Positions 9,260 through 17,198 of a stretch of DNA of 64,000 bases are shown here, in pieces (the first letter of the stretch is position 1; every line of letters begins with the position of its first letter). The notes beneath the pieces were generated by a model. That model searched no databases. It saw only the letters and a program-made list of their open reading frames with translations, and was not told the origin of the DNA. The stretch spans positions 404,566 to 468,565 of the forward strand of contig CBDFHE010000018.1 in the NCBI GenBank assembly GCA_965247455.1. Direction: 5' to 3'. The stretch comes from Candidatus Acidiferrales bacterium. GTDB lineage: Bacteria > Acidobacteriota > Terriglobia > Acidiferrales > 2-02-FULL-67-57. The translations under genes and the position numbers were made by a program.

Positions 9260-9280
9260 TCGCGTAGTATTATCCGCGCC

Positions 9281-10141
9281 ATGAAGCTCAGCACGGTCGG
9301 CATCATCTCCAAGCCCAAGAAGGAAGACGTGGCCGCGGTCGCGCCTGGCCTGCTGGACTGGTTTGCCCAGCGCAACATCAAGACTGTCTGCGACCAGGAG
9401 ACCGTGGCCTGCCTGGACGGCAAGGACGGTACCGCGCGGGAGCAAATCCCCCCGCAGGCAGACCTGCTGGTGGTGCTGGGCGGCGACGGAACGCTGCTGG
9501 CCGCCGCCCGCCTGGTGCAGGAGTACTCCGTCCCCATCCTGGCGGTCAACCTGGGCAGCCTGGGCTTTCTGACCGAGATCACCCTGGACGGCGTCTATGG
9601 CGTGCTGGAGGACGTGCTGGCCGACCGCCACCTGCTCGACCGGCGCTCGATGCTCGACGCCCGGGTCGAGCGCAAGGGCCGGGCCATCGCCGGCTACCGC
9701 GCCCTGAACGATGTGGTGCTGCACAAAGCGGCGCTGGCTCGCATCGTGGACTTCGACGTCAGCATCGACGGCCGCTTCGTCTCCCGTATCCGCTCCGACG
9801 GGCTCATCCTGGCCAGCCCCACCGGCTCCACCGCCTACTCGCTTTCAGCTGGCGGGCCGATTGTTCTGCCGAGCGTGGACTCCATGATCGTCACGCCCAT
9901 CGCTCCGCACATGCTGACCAACCGACCGTTAGTTATCCCCGGCGGTGCCCGCATCGAAGTGCACCTCCCCGACACCAGCGAACCCGTTTACGTCACCGTG
10001 GACGGGCAGGTAGGCGAAGAACTACGCAGCGGCGACTGCGTCTCGGTCCAGAAGTCCGAGCGCGTGATTGAACTGGTGCAGTCGCGCACCCGCGACTACT
10101 TCCAGGTGCTCCGCAGCAAGCTGCGCTGGGGGGAACGGTGA
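9281..10141 (+). CDS. nadK: NAD kinase
   Basis: DLLVVLGGDGTLL, NLGSLGFL and STAYSLSAGGPIV motifs. Follows tlyA, as in many bacteria. Confidence 0.9.
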   Translation: MKLSTVGIISKPKKEDVAAVAPGLLDWFAQRNIKTVCDQETVACLDGKDGTAREQIPPQADLLVVLGGDGTLLAAARLVQEYSVPILAVNLGSLGFLTEITLDGVYGVLEDVLADRHLLDRRSMLDARVERKGRAIAGYRALNDVVLHKAALARIVDFDVSIDGRFVSRIRSDGLILASPTGSTAYSLSAGGPIVLPSVDSMIVTPIAPHMLTNRPLVIPGGARIEVHLPDTSEPVYVTVDGQVGEELRSGDCVSVQKSERVIELVQSRTRDYFQVLRSKLRWGER

Positions 10142-11343
10142 GCCGCCGCCCGGGGCTGACCTTTTACATCTTGCTGGCGCTGGCGCTGGGAGCACTGGTG
10201 GGCTGGCTCTGGCCCGCCTTCGGGCGCCAGCTTCAGGTGCTGGCCACCATCTTCATCCGCTTGGTGATGATGATTATTGCCCCGCTGATCTTCTCCACCC
10301 TGGTGGTAGGGATCGCGGGTTCGGGAAAACTGCGCGAACTGGGCGGGCTGGTCGGGAAGGCGCTCGCCTTCTACCTGCTGCTCACAGTGCTGACCATGGC
10401 GCTGGGCTTCGGTATCGGCAATTGGCTCCAACCGGGTCAGGAAATCGTGCCCACAGCCGGGGATACCTCCATTGCTGCGCCGGAAGAATCCTTCTGGGTG
10501 CGACTGTTCCCAAAGAGCGTCGTGGACGCGATGGCGCGCGGCGATGTGCTGCAAATCGTCGTCTTCTCCCTTGTCTTTGCCTTGGCGGTCGGCGCTGTGG
10601 GGGAGCGCGGGAAGCCTGTGCTCGACTTCTGCCGCTCACTGACCGACGTGATGTTCAAGTTTACCGACTACGTGATGCTGGCGGCGCCGGTGGGCGTGTT
10701 CGGCGCGATGGCGGCCATGGTAGGTACGCAGGGCCTGACGGTGGGAGCTAGCTTCCTCCGCCTGACGGTGGCGACCTACCTGGGGTTCGCGCTGATCTTC
10801 TTCGGGCTCTACCCCGCCCTCTTGGTTTTCTTCCGCATTCCCGTGCGCGGGTTCTGGCGAGCCATCCGCGAACCGCTCTCGATTGCTTTCGCCACCACCT
10901 CCAGCGCCGCCGCCCTTCCGCGGGCGATGGAAAACCTGGAGCGCTTCGGGGTGGCGCGCCGGGTCGTCGCCTTCGTCCTGCCGACCGGCACCTTGAACTT
11001 GGCGGGCAGTGGGGTTTTCCTTGGCATCGCAGGACTGTTCGTCCTGCAAGCGTTCCAGATTCCCCTTGCCCCCATGCAACAACTGAGCCTTTTCGGTACC
11101 CTTTACGTCGCGAGCAAAGGCATTGCCAACATCCCGCGCGGATCGCTGGTGGCGCTGGCTGCAGGGCTGGGCGGCTTCGGCGTCCCCCCCGAGGTGGTTG
11201 GGGCCGCATTCGGATTCCTGCTGGCTATCGACCCCATCCTGGACATGCCCCGTACGGTGGTCAACTCAACCGGTATCTACGTGACCGCGAGCCTCGTGGC
11301 CCGCTGGCAGGGCAGCTTCCGCCCGCAGCCTTCGCAAAACTAG
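10138..11343 (+). CDS. dicarboxylate/amino acid:cation symporter (DAACS, GltP/DctA family)
   Basis: Polytopic membrane protein with the family motifs FATTSSAAALPRAMEN and GIANIPRGSLVALA. The GTG start overlaps the nadK stop by 4 nt. Confidence 0.85.
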   Translation: MSRRPGLTFYILLALALGALVGWLWPAFGRQLQVLATIFIRLVMMIIAPLIFSTLVVGIAGSGKLRELGGLVGKALAFYLLLTVLTMALGFGIGNWLQPGQEIVPTAGDTSIAAPEESFWVRLFPKSVVDAMARGDVLQIVVFSLVFALAVGAVGERGKPVLDFCRSLTDVMFKFTDYVMLAAPVGVFGAMAAMVGTQGLTVGASFLRLTVATYLGFALIFFGLYPALLVFFRIPVRGFWRAIREPLSIAFATTSSAAALPRAMENLERFGVARRVVAFVLPTGTLNLAGSGVFLGIAGLFVLQAFQIPLAPMQQLSLFGTLYVASKGIANIPRGSLVALAAGLGGFGVPPEVVGAAFGFLLAIDPILDMPRTVVNSTGIYVTASLVARWQGSFRPQPSQN

Positions 11344-11370
11344 AAGCTATCTCACAAACGCCAAAGCCAG

Positions 11371-11490
11371 CCATTGCGTTTGCAGAGGCATTACCTCAGG
11401 GGCTAAAGCCCCTGTTTTACAGCACATCGTACGGCACGGCTGAAGCCGTGCCCTGACGAAACCTCCACACACCGTTCATAAGATGACTTC
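11371..11490 (+). repeat. double-hairpin intergenic element, copy 1 (family A)
   Basis: Shares about 120 bp with 19258-19380 and, inverted, with 48861-48985. Contains the hairpins AGGGGC-TAAA-GCCCCT and GGCACGGC-TGAA-GCCGTGCC. Confidence 0.85.
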
Positions 11491-11528
11491 TGGCGGGATT
11501 GCTCGCCGCTCCCGGCCAACCGAAGCCG

Positions 11529-11776
11529 CGCAGACAAGAATGCCTGCCTGCGGTAGGCAGGTCTGCGCCACCCGAAAATGAGAAAATCAAACAGTAGGCC
11601 AGACCTGCCTGCGACAGGTGGGCATTCCTGTCTGGCTGAATCCCTCTGCATTCTCTGTGCACTCTACGGTTCAACCAATCCAACCGAAAGAGGAAAACTC
11701 CGCAGACAAGAATGTCTGCGCCACCGGTTTCGCTGCTTGTCGATGGGAAGTAGGGCAGGCATTCCTGTCTGCCGGG
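11529..11776. repeat. cluster of short GC-rich hairpin repeats (families B and C)
   Basis: CGCAGAC-AAGAAT-GTCTGCG hairpins at 11529-11569 (interrupted) and 11701-11720. GGCAGGCATTCCTGTCTGCC at 11754-11773. The 19-nt CCTGCCTGCGGTAGGCAGG at 11543-11561. Confidence 0.8.
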
Positions 11777-11792
11777 AATCGAAAAGACGGAG

Positions 11793-13601
11793 CTACTCGG
11801 TGACTTGCAGGACGACGACGGTGCGGTCGTCGGCGAGCTTGGAGTTGCGGGCGACGTAGCGGTCGGTGGCGCGCAGGAGCCCATCGGCGATGTCGCGGGG
11901 GGAGCTGCCCCGGACCAGTCCGGCAATGATCTCTTCCAGGCGACCCAACCCCAATTGGTGCTGCTCCCTGTCCATGGCCTCGTGGATGCCCTCCGAGCAA
12001 AAGATGACGACATCACCCGGCTGCAGGTCGAGCTTCTCCTGCTCATAGCGGCTCTCGGGCAGCAAGCCCAGCGGCACGCCCCCCACGGGAATCCGTTCCG
12101 CCTTGTCCCCCCGCACCAACCAGGGGTAGGGAAAACCGGCATTGGCCAATGTGAGAGTCCGGCTGGGATTGTCATAGACGGCGAAGACCAGCGCGATGTA
12201 GCGGTTGTCGATGCGGGGCTGGCGCAGGTGCTCGTTCACCTGCTCCAGCATCTCAGCAGGTTCGCAGGGGTGCTGCTGCACCACGTGTCCGCGCACGATA
12301 CCCACTGCCAGCGACCCGTAGAGCGCCGCCGGGGTGGCCTTCCCAGCCACGTCGCCGACAACGATAGCCACGCGCCCTTCGCCGTAGGGGAGGAAGTCGT
12401 AGATGTCGCCCCCCAGTTGGCGGGCCGGTTCGTAGGCGAAGGCGATGTCCAGCCCCGGCACGCGCGGCGGGGCGTCGGGCAGCAGGCCTTTCTGAATTTC
12501 GCGCGCGGTGGCCAGGTCGCGCTCCAGGCGCTGCTCGTCCCGGCGCACGGCTTCGTAGAGCCGGGCGTTTTCGAGAGCGATGGCGATGTTGGAAGCCAGG
12601 GTGGAGAGCATTTGCTCGTGCTGCTCGGTGAAGGCGTTGTACTCGGTGCTTTCCAGGTCCAGCACGCCCACCAAGCGGTCTTTGAAAGCAAGCGGCACCA
12701 CCAGCTCCGACCGAACCTCTATCTCGTAACCGCAGCGGACGTAGCGCAGGTCCAGGTCGACGTTGGGGATGCGCAGCGGCTGGCGCAGCGCCGCCGCCGC
12801 CCCGCAGATGCCGTGGCCGAGGGGGATTCCGCCCTCCTGCTGGATGCGCTCATCATGGCGCAAGATGAAGGTGTGCTCCAGGAGCTGCGACTCCTCGTTC
12901 CAAAGCATGACCGAGAACAATTGGTAGTCGATCAGCCGCTTCACCAGTTGCGCCACCCGACCCAGCAGCTCCTCGCGGTCGAGGATGGAGGACAGCTTGC
13001 GGCTGACTTCGTGCAACAAGGAGAGCGTGCGCGCCTGCTCGCGCAGGTTTTCGTAGAGGCGCGCGTTTTCAATTGTGTTCGCCAGGCGCCCGGCCAGCAG
13101 AGTCAGCAAGCGCTGGTGGTTTTCGGTGAAGTGGTGGCATTGGCGGCTGCCGACGTCCAACACCCCGATGGTGCGGTTTTTGACGGTCAGCGGAATGGCC
13201 ATCTCGGAGCAGACGTCTTCCGCCGCCTTGATGTAGCGGGAATCCGCCTTGACTTCACCCACCCGCAGCGGCTGGCCGGTTTTCGCCACCGTGCCCACCA
13301 GGCCCTGCCCCAAGCCGAAGCGCCAGTGCTGCGCCACATCCTCGGGAAACCCGAGGGTAAAGCGGAAATACAACTCGTGGCCGAGGTCATCCAGCAGCAG
13401 GATGCTGAAGTTGTCGTACTCCACCTCCTCTCTGACCCGCTCAGCCACTTTGCGGAGGACGGCGTCCAGCTCCGGGGTCGAGTTCAGGTCTTCGGCCACC
13501 CGAACCAGGAAGCCCATCGCAGCCGCTTCATCGGTTTGGCTTTCCGGTGTGCGGACGATTTCTTGTGTGCCGGCCAATTTGTCTCTCAACGCCTTTTCCA
13601 T
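11793..13601 (-). CDS. GAF-GAF-PP2C (SpoIIE-family) protein serine phosphatase
   Basis: Two GAF-like segments followed by a SpoIIE/PP2C domain (GGDIYDF.., VAIVVGDVAGKATPAAL.., ADDRTVVVLQV). Confidence 0.85.
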   Translation of the reverse strand: MEKALRDKLAGTQEIVRTPESQTDEAAAMGFLVRVAEDLNSTPELDAVLRKVAERVREEVEYDNFSILLLDDLGHELYFRFTLGFPEDVAQHWRFGLGQGLVGTVAKTGQPLRVGEVKADSRYIKAAEDVCSEMAIPLTVKNRTIGVLDVGSRQCHHFTENHQRLLTLLAGRLANTIENARLYENLREQARTLSLLHEVSRKLSSILDREELLGRVAQLVKRLIDYQLFSVMLWNEESQLLEHTFILRHDERIQQEGGIPLGHGICGAAAALRQPLRIPNVDLDLRYVRCGYEIEVRSELVVPLAFKDRLVGVLDLESTEYNAFTEQHEQMLSTLASNIAIALENARLYEAVRRDEQRLERDLATAREIQKGLLPDAPPRVPGLDIAFAYEPARQLGGDIYDFLPYGEGRVAIVVGDVAGKATPAALYGSLAVGIVRGHVVQQHPCEPAEMLEQVNEHLRQPRIDNRYIALVFAVYDNPSRTLTLANAGFPYPWLVRGDKAERIPVGGVPLGLLPESRYEQEKLDLQPGDVVIFCSEGIHEAMDREQHQLGLGRLEEIIAGLVRGSSPRDIADGLLRATDRYVARNSKLADDRTVVVLQVTE

Positions 13602-13699
13602 GTGTAATTTACCACCTGTTCATTTGATTACATAGGCCGGGCAATGGTTGCGCCGAACAGGCAGAGACCCAGTCACATAGGATACCAAAATCGGGCGCG

Positions 13700-15181
13700 C
13701 TAGTCAGACTGGCAGACCATCCGGGTCAAGGTCTGGAAGTGGTAGCCCATGATGGCCAGGGTAATGGCGGTGTCGAAGGAGTGGCGATAGTGGGTGGCAG
13801 CGTCGAAAAAGAACTTCCAGTAGCTGGTGCGTGCATTCCCCAGCACGCCCTGCTTGAGGATCGAGCGGGCCAAAGCAAAGTAGTCCGACCGCACGCGACG
13901 CGCGTGGTGCGCCGGGCCGCGCTGGGCCAGGAAGCGCCGCACCCGCTCGTAGTAGGCGTCGGGCTGGTAGATGCGCTGGAGGATGGACTTGAAGCCTTCC
14001 AACAGGCGCTGCGGGTTCATCTTGGGAACAAAGTTGAGCCGGCAGTCCATGTTGTCCCCGTGGCCCTCGTCGCGGATGCGGCCTTCCTTCAAGAGCCGCC
14101 GATAGAGCTGCGTGCCGGGCAGCGCCATCAGTAGCCCCACCATCGCCAGCGGAATGCCGCTCTCCTGGATGAACTCCACCTGCCGGTCGAAGACGTCTTC
14201 AGGGTCGCTGTCAAAGCCCACGATGAACCCCGCCATCACTTCGATCCCGTAGCCCTGGATGTGGCGCACGGAGTCGAGCAGATTGCGATGGGTGTTCTGC
14301 AGCTTCTGGGCTTCCTTCAGGCTTTCTTCCATCGGAGTTTCAATGCCCAGAAAGACGCGGATGAAGCCCGCCTCTTTCATCAACCGCAGCAACTCCGAGT
14401 CGTCAGCCAGGTTCACCGAAGCCTCGGTGAAGAAAGTGAAGGGGCGCCGGTGCCGGATGTTCCACTCCGCCAACACCGGCAGCAGCTCCTTGACCTTCCT
14501 CTTGTTGCCGATGAAGTTGTCGTCCACAATGAAGACTGAACCCCGCAACTTGCGCTGGTAGAGCAGCTCCAACTCCGCCACCACCTGCGCGGGCGACTTG
14601 GTGCGCGGCTTGCGCCCGTAAATCTCAATGATGTCGCAGAACTCGCAATTGAAAGGGCAGCCGCGCGAATACTGAATCGCCATGGAGCTGTAGTACCTGG
14701 GCTTGATCAGGCTGAGGTCGGGCAACGGAGTCTTGTCCAGGCTGGGCAGCTCGCGCGCCTGGTAAAGCGGCTTGGCCGTTCCCCTTTCCAGGTCGGCTGC
14801 CAGCCCGGCAATCAGGTCTTCGGCCTCGCCGATCACAACATGGTTGGCGTGCCGGGGAAGCTCCTCCACGCTGCTGGTCACCGGCCCGCCGATCACCGTC
14901 CGCAGGCCGCGGGCGCGGCAGCGCGCCAGGATCGCCAGCAGGTCGCGCTTGTGCACCAGCATCCCGCTCAGCAGGGCCACGTCCGCCCACTTCAGGTCGG
15001 CGTCGGTCAGGCGGCGAATATTGGTGTCCACTAAGCGCTTCTTCCAGTGCGTGGGCAGCAGGGGAGCGATGGTCAGCAGGCCCAGGGGTGGGTAGGCGGA
15101 GCGCTTGCCCTCAAACGGCAGCGCATGCTTGAAACTCCAGTAGGTAGCGGGCCACTCGGGATAAATCAGCAGAGCATTCAT
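13700..15181 (-). CDS. B12-binding domain radical SAM protein (DUF4070-type C-terminus)
   Basis: N-terminal cobalamin-binding-like region, radical SAM cluster motif YSRGCPFNCEFCDI, and the family's typical N-terminus MNALLIYPEWPATYW. Confidence 0.85.
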   Translation of the reverse strand: MNALLIYPEWPATYWSFKHALPFEGKRSAYPPLGLLTIAPLLPTHWKKRLVDTNIRRLTDADLKWADVALLSGMLVHKRDLLAILARCRARGLRTVIGGPVTSSVEELPRHANHVVIGEAEDLIAGLAADLERGTAKPLYQARELPSLDKTPLPDLSLIKPRYYSSMAIQYSRGCPFNCEFCDIIEIYGRKPRTKSPAQVVAELELLYQRKLRGSVFIVDDNFIGNKRKVKELLPVLAEWNIRHRRPFTFFTEASVNLADDSELLRLMKEAGFIRVFLGIETPMEESLKEAQKLQNTHRNLLDSVRHIQGYGIEVMAGFIVGFDSDPEDVFDRQVEFIQESGIPLAMVGLLMALPGTQLYRRLLKEGRIRDEGHGDNMDCRLNFVPKMNPQRLLEGFKSILQRIYQPDAYYERVRRFLAQRGPAHHARRVRSDYFALARSILKQGVLGNARTSYWKFFFDAATHYRHSFDTAITLAIMGYHFQTLTRMVCQSD

Positions 15182-15212
15182 CTAAGTCGCCCCCCGGCCT
15201 GACAGCAACCAT

Positions 15213-16895
15213 CTTAGCCGGGATTTCCGTTTTGCCTGCCCCTGATGGCACGTTTATACACCCGATCGCCGCCGATCGCACAAAAACTTCGATCGTCGCA
15301 CAATCGCTCAGCTTCAAAGGCCTTCATCTGAGCCCGCGCCGACGTGCGACCGACTGGAACCCCTGCTTTTCGGGCATTTCTCAGACACCGCTCCACACGT
15401 GTGCCCCGTGTCATCGCCGGGCGGGCTTCGTTGCACTTCAGGCCGCGCGTCAGCCTGCCGGCACGGGTAGCGCCCAGATCCTCCGCAGCATGTCGCCGAA
15501 CAGCCGCCGCGTGAGATGCCCTTCCGCCAGCAGAAGCCAGTAGTACCGCGCATGCTTCACCAGCCGGCCCCCAGTTTTCACCAGTCGCTGCTGGAGACTC
15601 GTGAGCGACCAGCGCTTGACCCGCAGCGGAAGGACCAGTCTGCGCCACAAGTTGCCCAGATTGTAGGCCAGGACGCTCAGTTGCAGGCGCACCTCGTTCG
15701 CCCGGAAACGATGGCACGACAGCCGCGTCCAGTGGGTGGCCTGCTTGCCTTCCTTGATCCATTGCTCCGCCGTACCGCGCTTGTTGTAAAACCGCACGAC
15801 CGAGCGGCTCGGGAGGGCCATGTTGGTCACGATGAAGCCGACGCGAGGGAACAGCTCACCTTGGTGGTGCTCCACCTTGGCGACGATCCGTCTGGGCGTG
15901 GTCCAGCTCTTGGCCTGATAGCGGAAACTCTGGTAGCGCACCAAGGGCTTGCAGCTCGGCCGTCCCGGCGGACGAAAGAGGATGTCTTCGATTTCCAGCT
16001 CCAAGCTCTTGTTCGCCGGCATGCGAATGGCATAGTCCACGTCGCGCTGCTCGAGCGCGTCGTAGATCTCGGGCTTCGCGAACGCGGCGTCTGCGCGGAA
16101 CGCTACGCGCTTGCCCTCCACCTGCTGCCGGTCAATCTCCGGTACGAGCAGGTCGTCCCAGTCGTCGGCGCTATGCACGTTGCCTGGCCGCAGCGTGGCG
16201 GCGAGGCAGTCCCCATGCTCGGTGAACAGAAACAGCGGGTGGTAGCAGACGGACTCGAAGTGCCCGTTATAGGCGCTCCCTTCCTGCGCCCCATGCACCG
16301 GGCTCTCGCTCGAATCCATGTCGAGCACGATCCGGTCGGCGCGCGTCGCCATCTCGGCCTGTGCAAGCACCTCCCGGTTCACGGCCCTCAACCCGACGAG
16401 ATTCTCCTCGTGGGTCAGCAGCTCTGTCTCGAACCAATGCAGCGTCGATGTCAGCGCCGCACCCCGGTCCCAGCGCTTTGGCGACCCGATGAGACGAAAT
16501 GTTGGGTCTGCCGACACGCGCCCCGCGTCGTTGAGATCTTCGTAGCCCGCGAGGCGACTGTAGACCGACTGCCGCAGGAGATCCACCACGCTGAACTGGG
16601 TGTTCATCCCCTGTCGGGAATCGCTCAGGTGCTCGGCGATGAGTGTCTCCAGCCCCAGACGTTCATCCAACTCGCGCACCAGAATGAGGCCAGCGTCAGA
16701 AGTGACGCGCGATCCCTGGAACGCGACTTTCAAGAAGCCGTTGAACGCGAACTGGAATGGCTCGTGTTGTAATTCACCCACCGGGTGTCACCCTCCGTAG
16801 TGTGGTTCCTTACGTCGGAGCCCCAAAACTCAAGGCGCAGCGACTGGTCCTGGCGATACGGTACCACAGCCAAATCGGAAATCCGGGCTTAGACC
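15213..16895 (-). mobile_element. IS1380-family-like insertion sequence (~1.68 kb)
   Basis: Single DDE transposase ORF bounded by imperfect ~27-bp inverted repeats. 15213-15239 (TCTTAGCCGGGATTTCCGTTTTGCCTG) matches the reverse complement of 16869-16895 (TCTAAGCCCGGATTTCCGATTTGGCTG) at 23/27. Length matches IS1380-type elements. Target duplication not resolved. Confidence 0.75.
15450..16781 (-). CDS. IS1380-family DDE transposase
   Basis: 443 aa. The N-terminus (..VTSDAGLILVRELDERLGLETLIAEHL..) and overall length are typical of IS1380/IS4-like transposases. Confidence 0.8.
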   Translation of the reverse strand: MGELQHEPFQFAFNGFLKVAFQGSRVTSDAGLILVRELDERLGLETLIAEHLSDSRQGMNTQFSVVDLLRQSVYSRLAGYEDLNDAGRVSADPTFRLIGSPKRWDRGAALTSTLHWFETELLTHEENLVGLRAVNREVLAQAEMATRADRIVLDMDSSESPVHGAQEGSAYNGHFESVCYHPLFLFTEHGDCLAATLRPGNVHSADDWDDLLVPEIDRQQVEGKRVAFRADAAFAKPEIYDALEQRDVDYAIRMPANKSLELEIEDILFRPPGRPSCKPLVRYQSFRYQAKSWTTPRRIVAKVEHHQGELFPRVGFIVTNMALPSRSVVRFYNKRGTAEQWIKEGKQATHWTRLSCHRFRANEVRLQLSVLAYNLGNLWRRLVLPLRVKRWSLTSLQQRLVKTGGRLVKHARYYWLLLAEGHLTRRLFGDMLRRIWALPVPAG

Positions 16896-16944
16896 AGGGC
16901 GCGCCGGGCTGACAACGCAAAAAGAGCGAGGGGAAAGAAATTTC

Positions 16945-17092
16945 GGTAGCGTCTTAATTTCACACCGAGCCCCCAGGCCCCTGCCTGGGGGAAGCGAAAA
17001 TCCCTGCGGCCTGCCTGCGGTAGGCAGGCGGGGGCCGCAGGGCTCGGTGTGATTTGGGCCGAGTTCCGAATCGCTCAAATTAAGACACTACC
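16945..17092 (+). mobile_element. MITE-like element copy 1 (148 bp) with 8-bp target-site duplication
   Basis: Terminal inverted repeats GGTAGCGTCTTAATTT / AAATTAAGACACTACC. Flanked on both sides by GAAATTTC (16937-16944 and 17093-17100). About 90% identical to the inverted copy at 18831-18979. Confidence 0.85.
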
Positions 17093-17198
17093 GAAATTTC
17101 GCTTCGACGAGTGCTGCGCGGCGTTGAACGGCAGGGCGAGGCGTTGCCGCAGCACGGGGAAGAATCAATCAGCGAGGAGGCTACTGTGCTCACGTTGC

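Noticed and set aside
15194-15210. Similar words CCGGCCTGACAGCAACC (left of the IS) and CCGGGCTGACAACGCAA (16904-16920, right of the IS) as a possible long target duplication.
   Set aside because: The match is imperfect, the words are not adjacent to the inverted repeats, and they are far longer than the 4-5-bp duplications expected for IS1380-type elements. Probably chance or part of another repeat.
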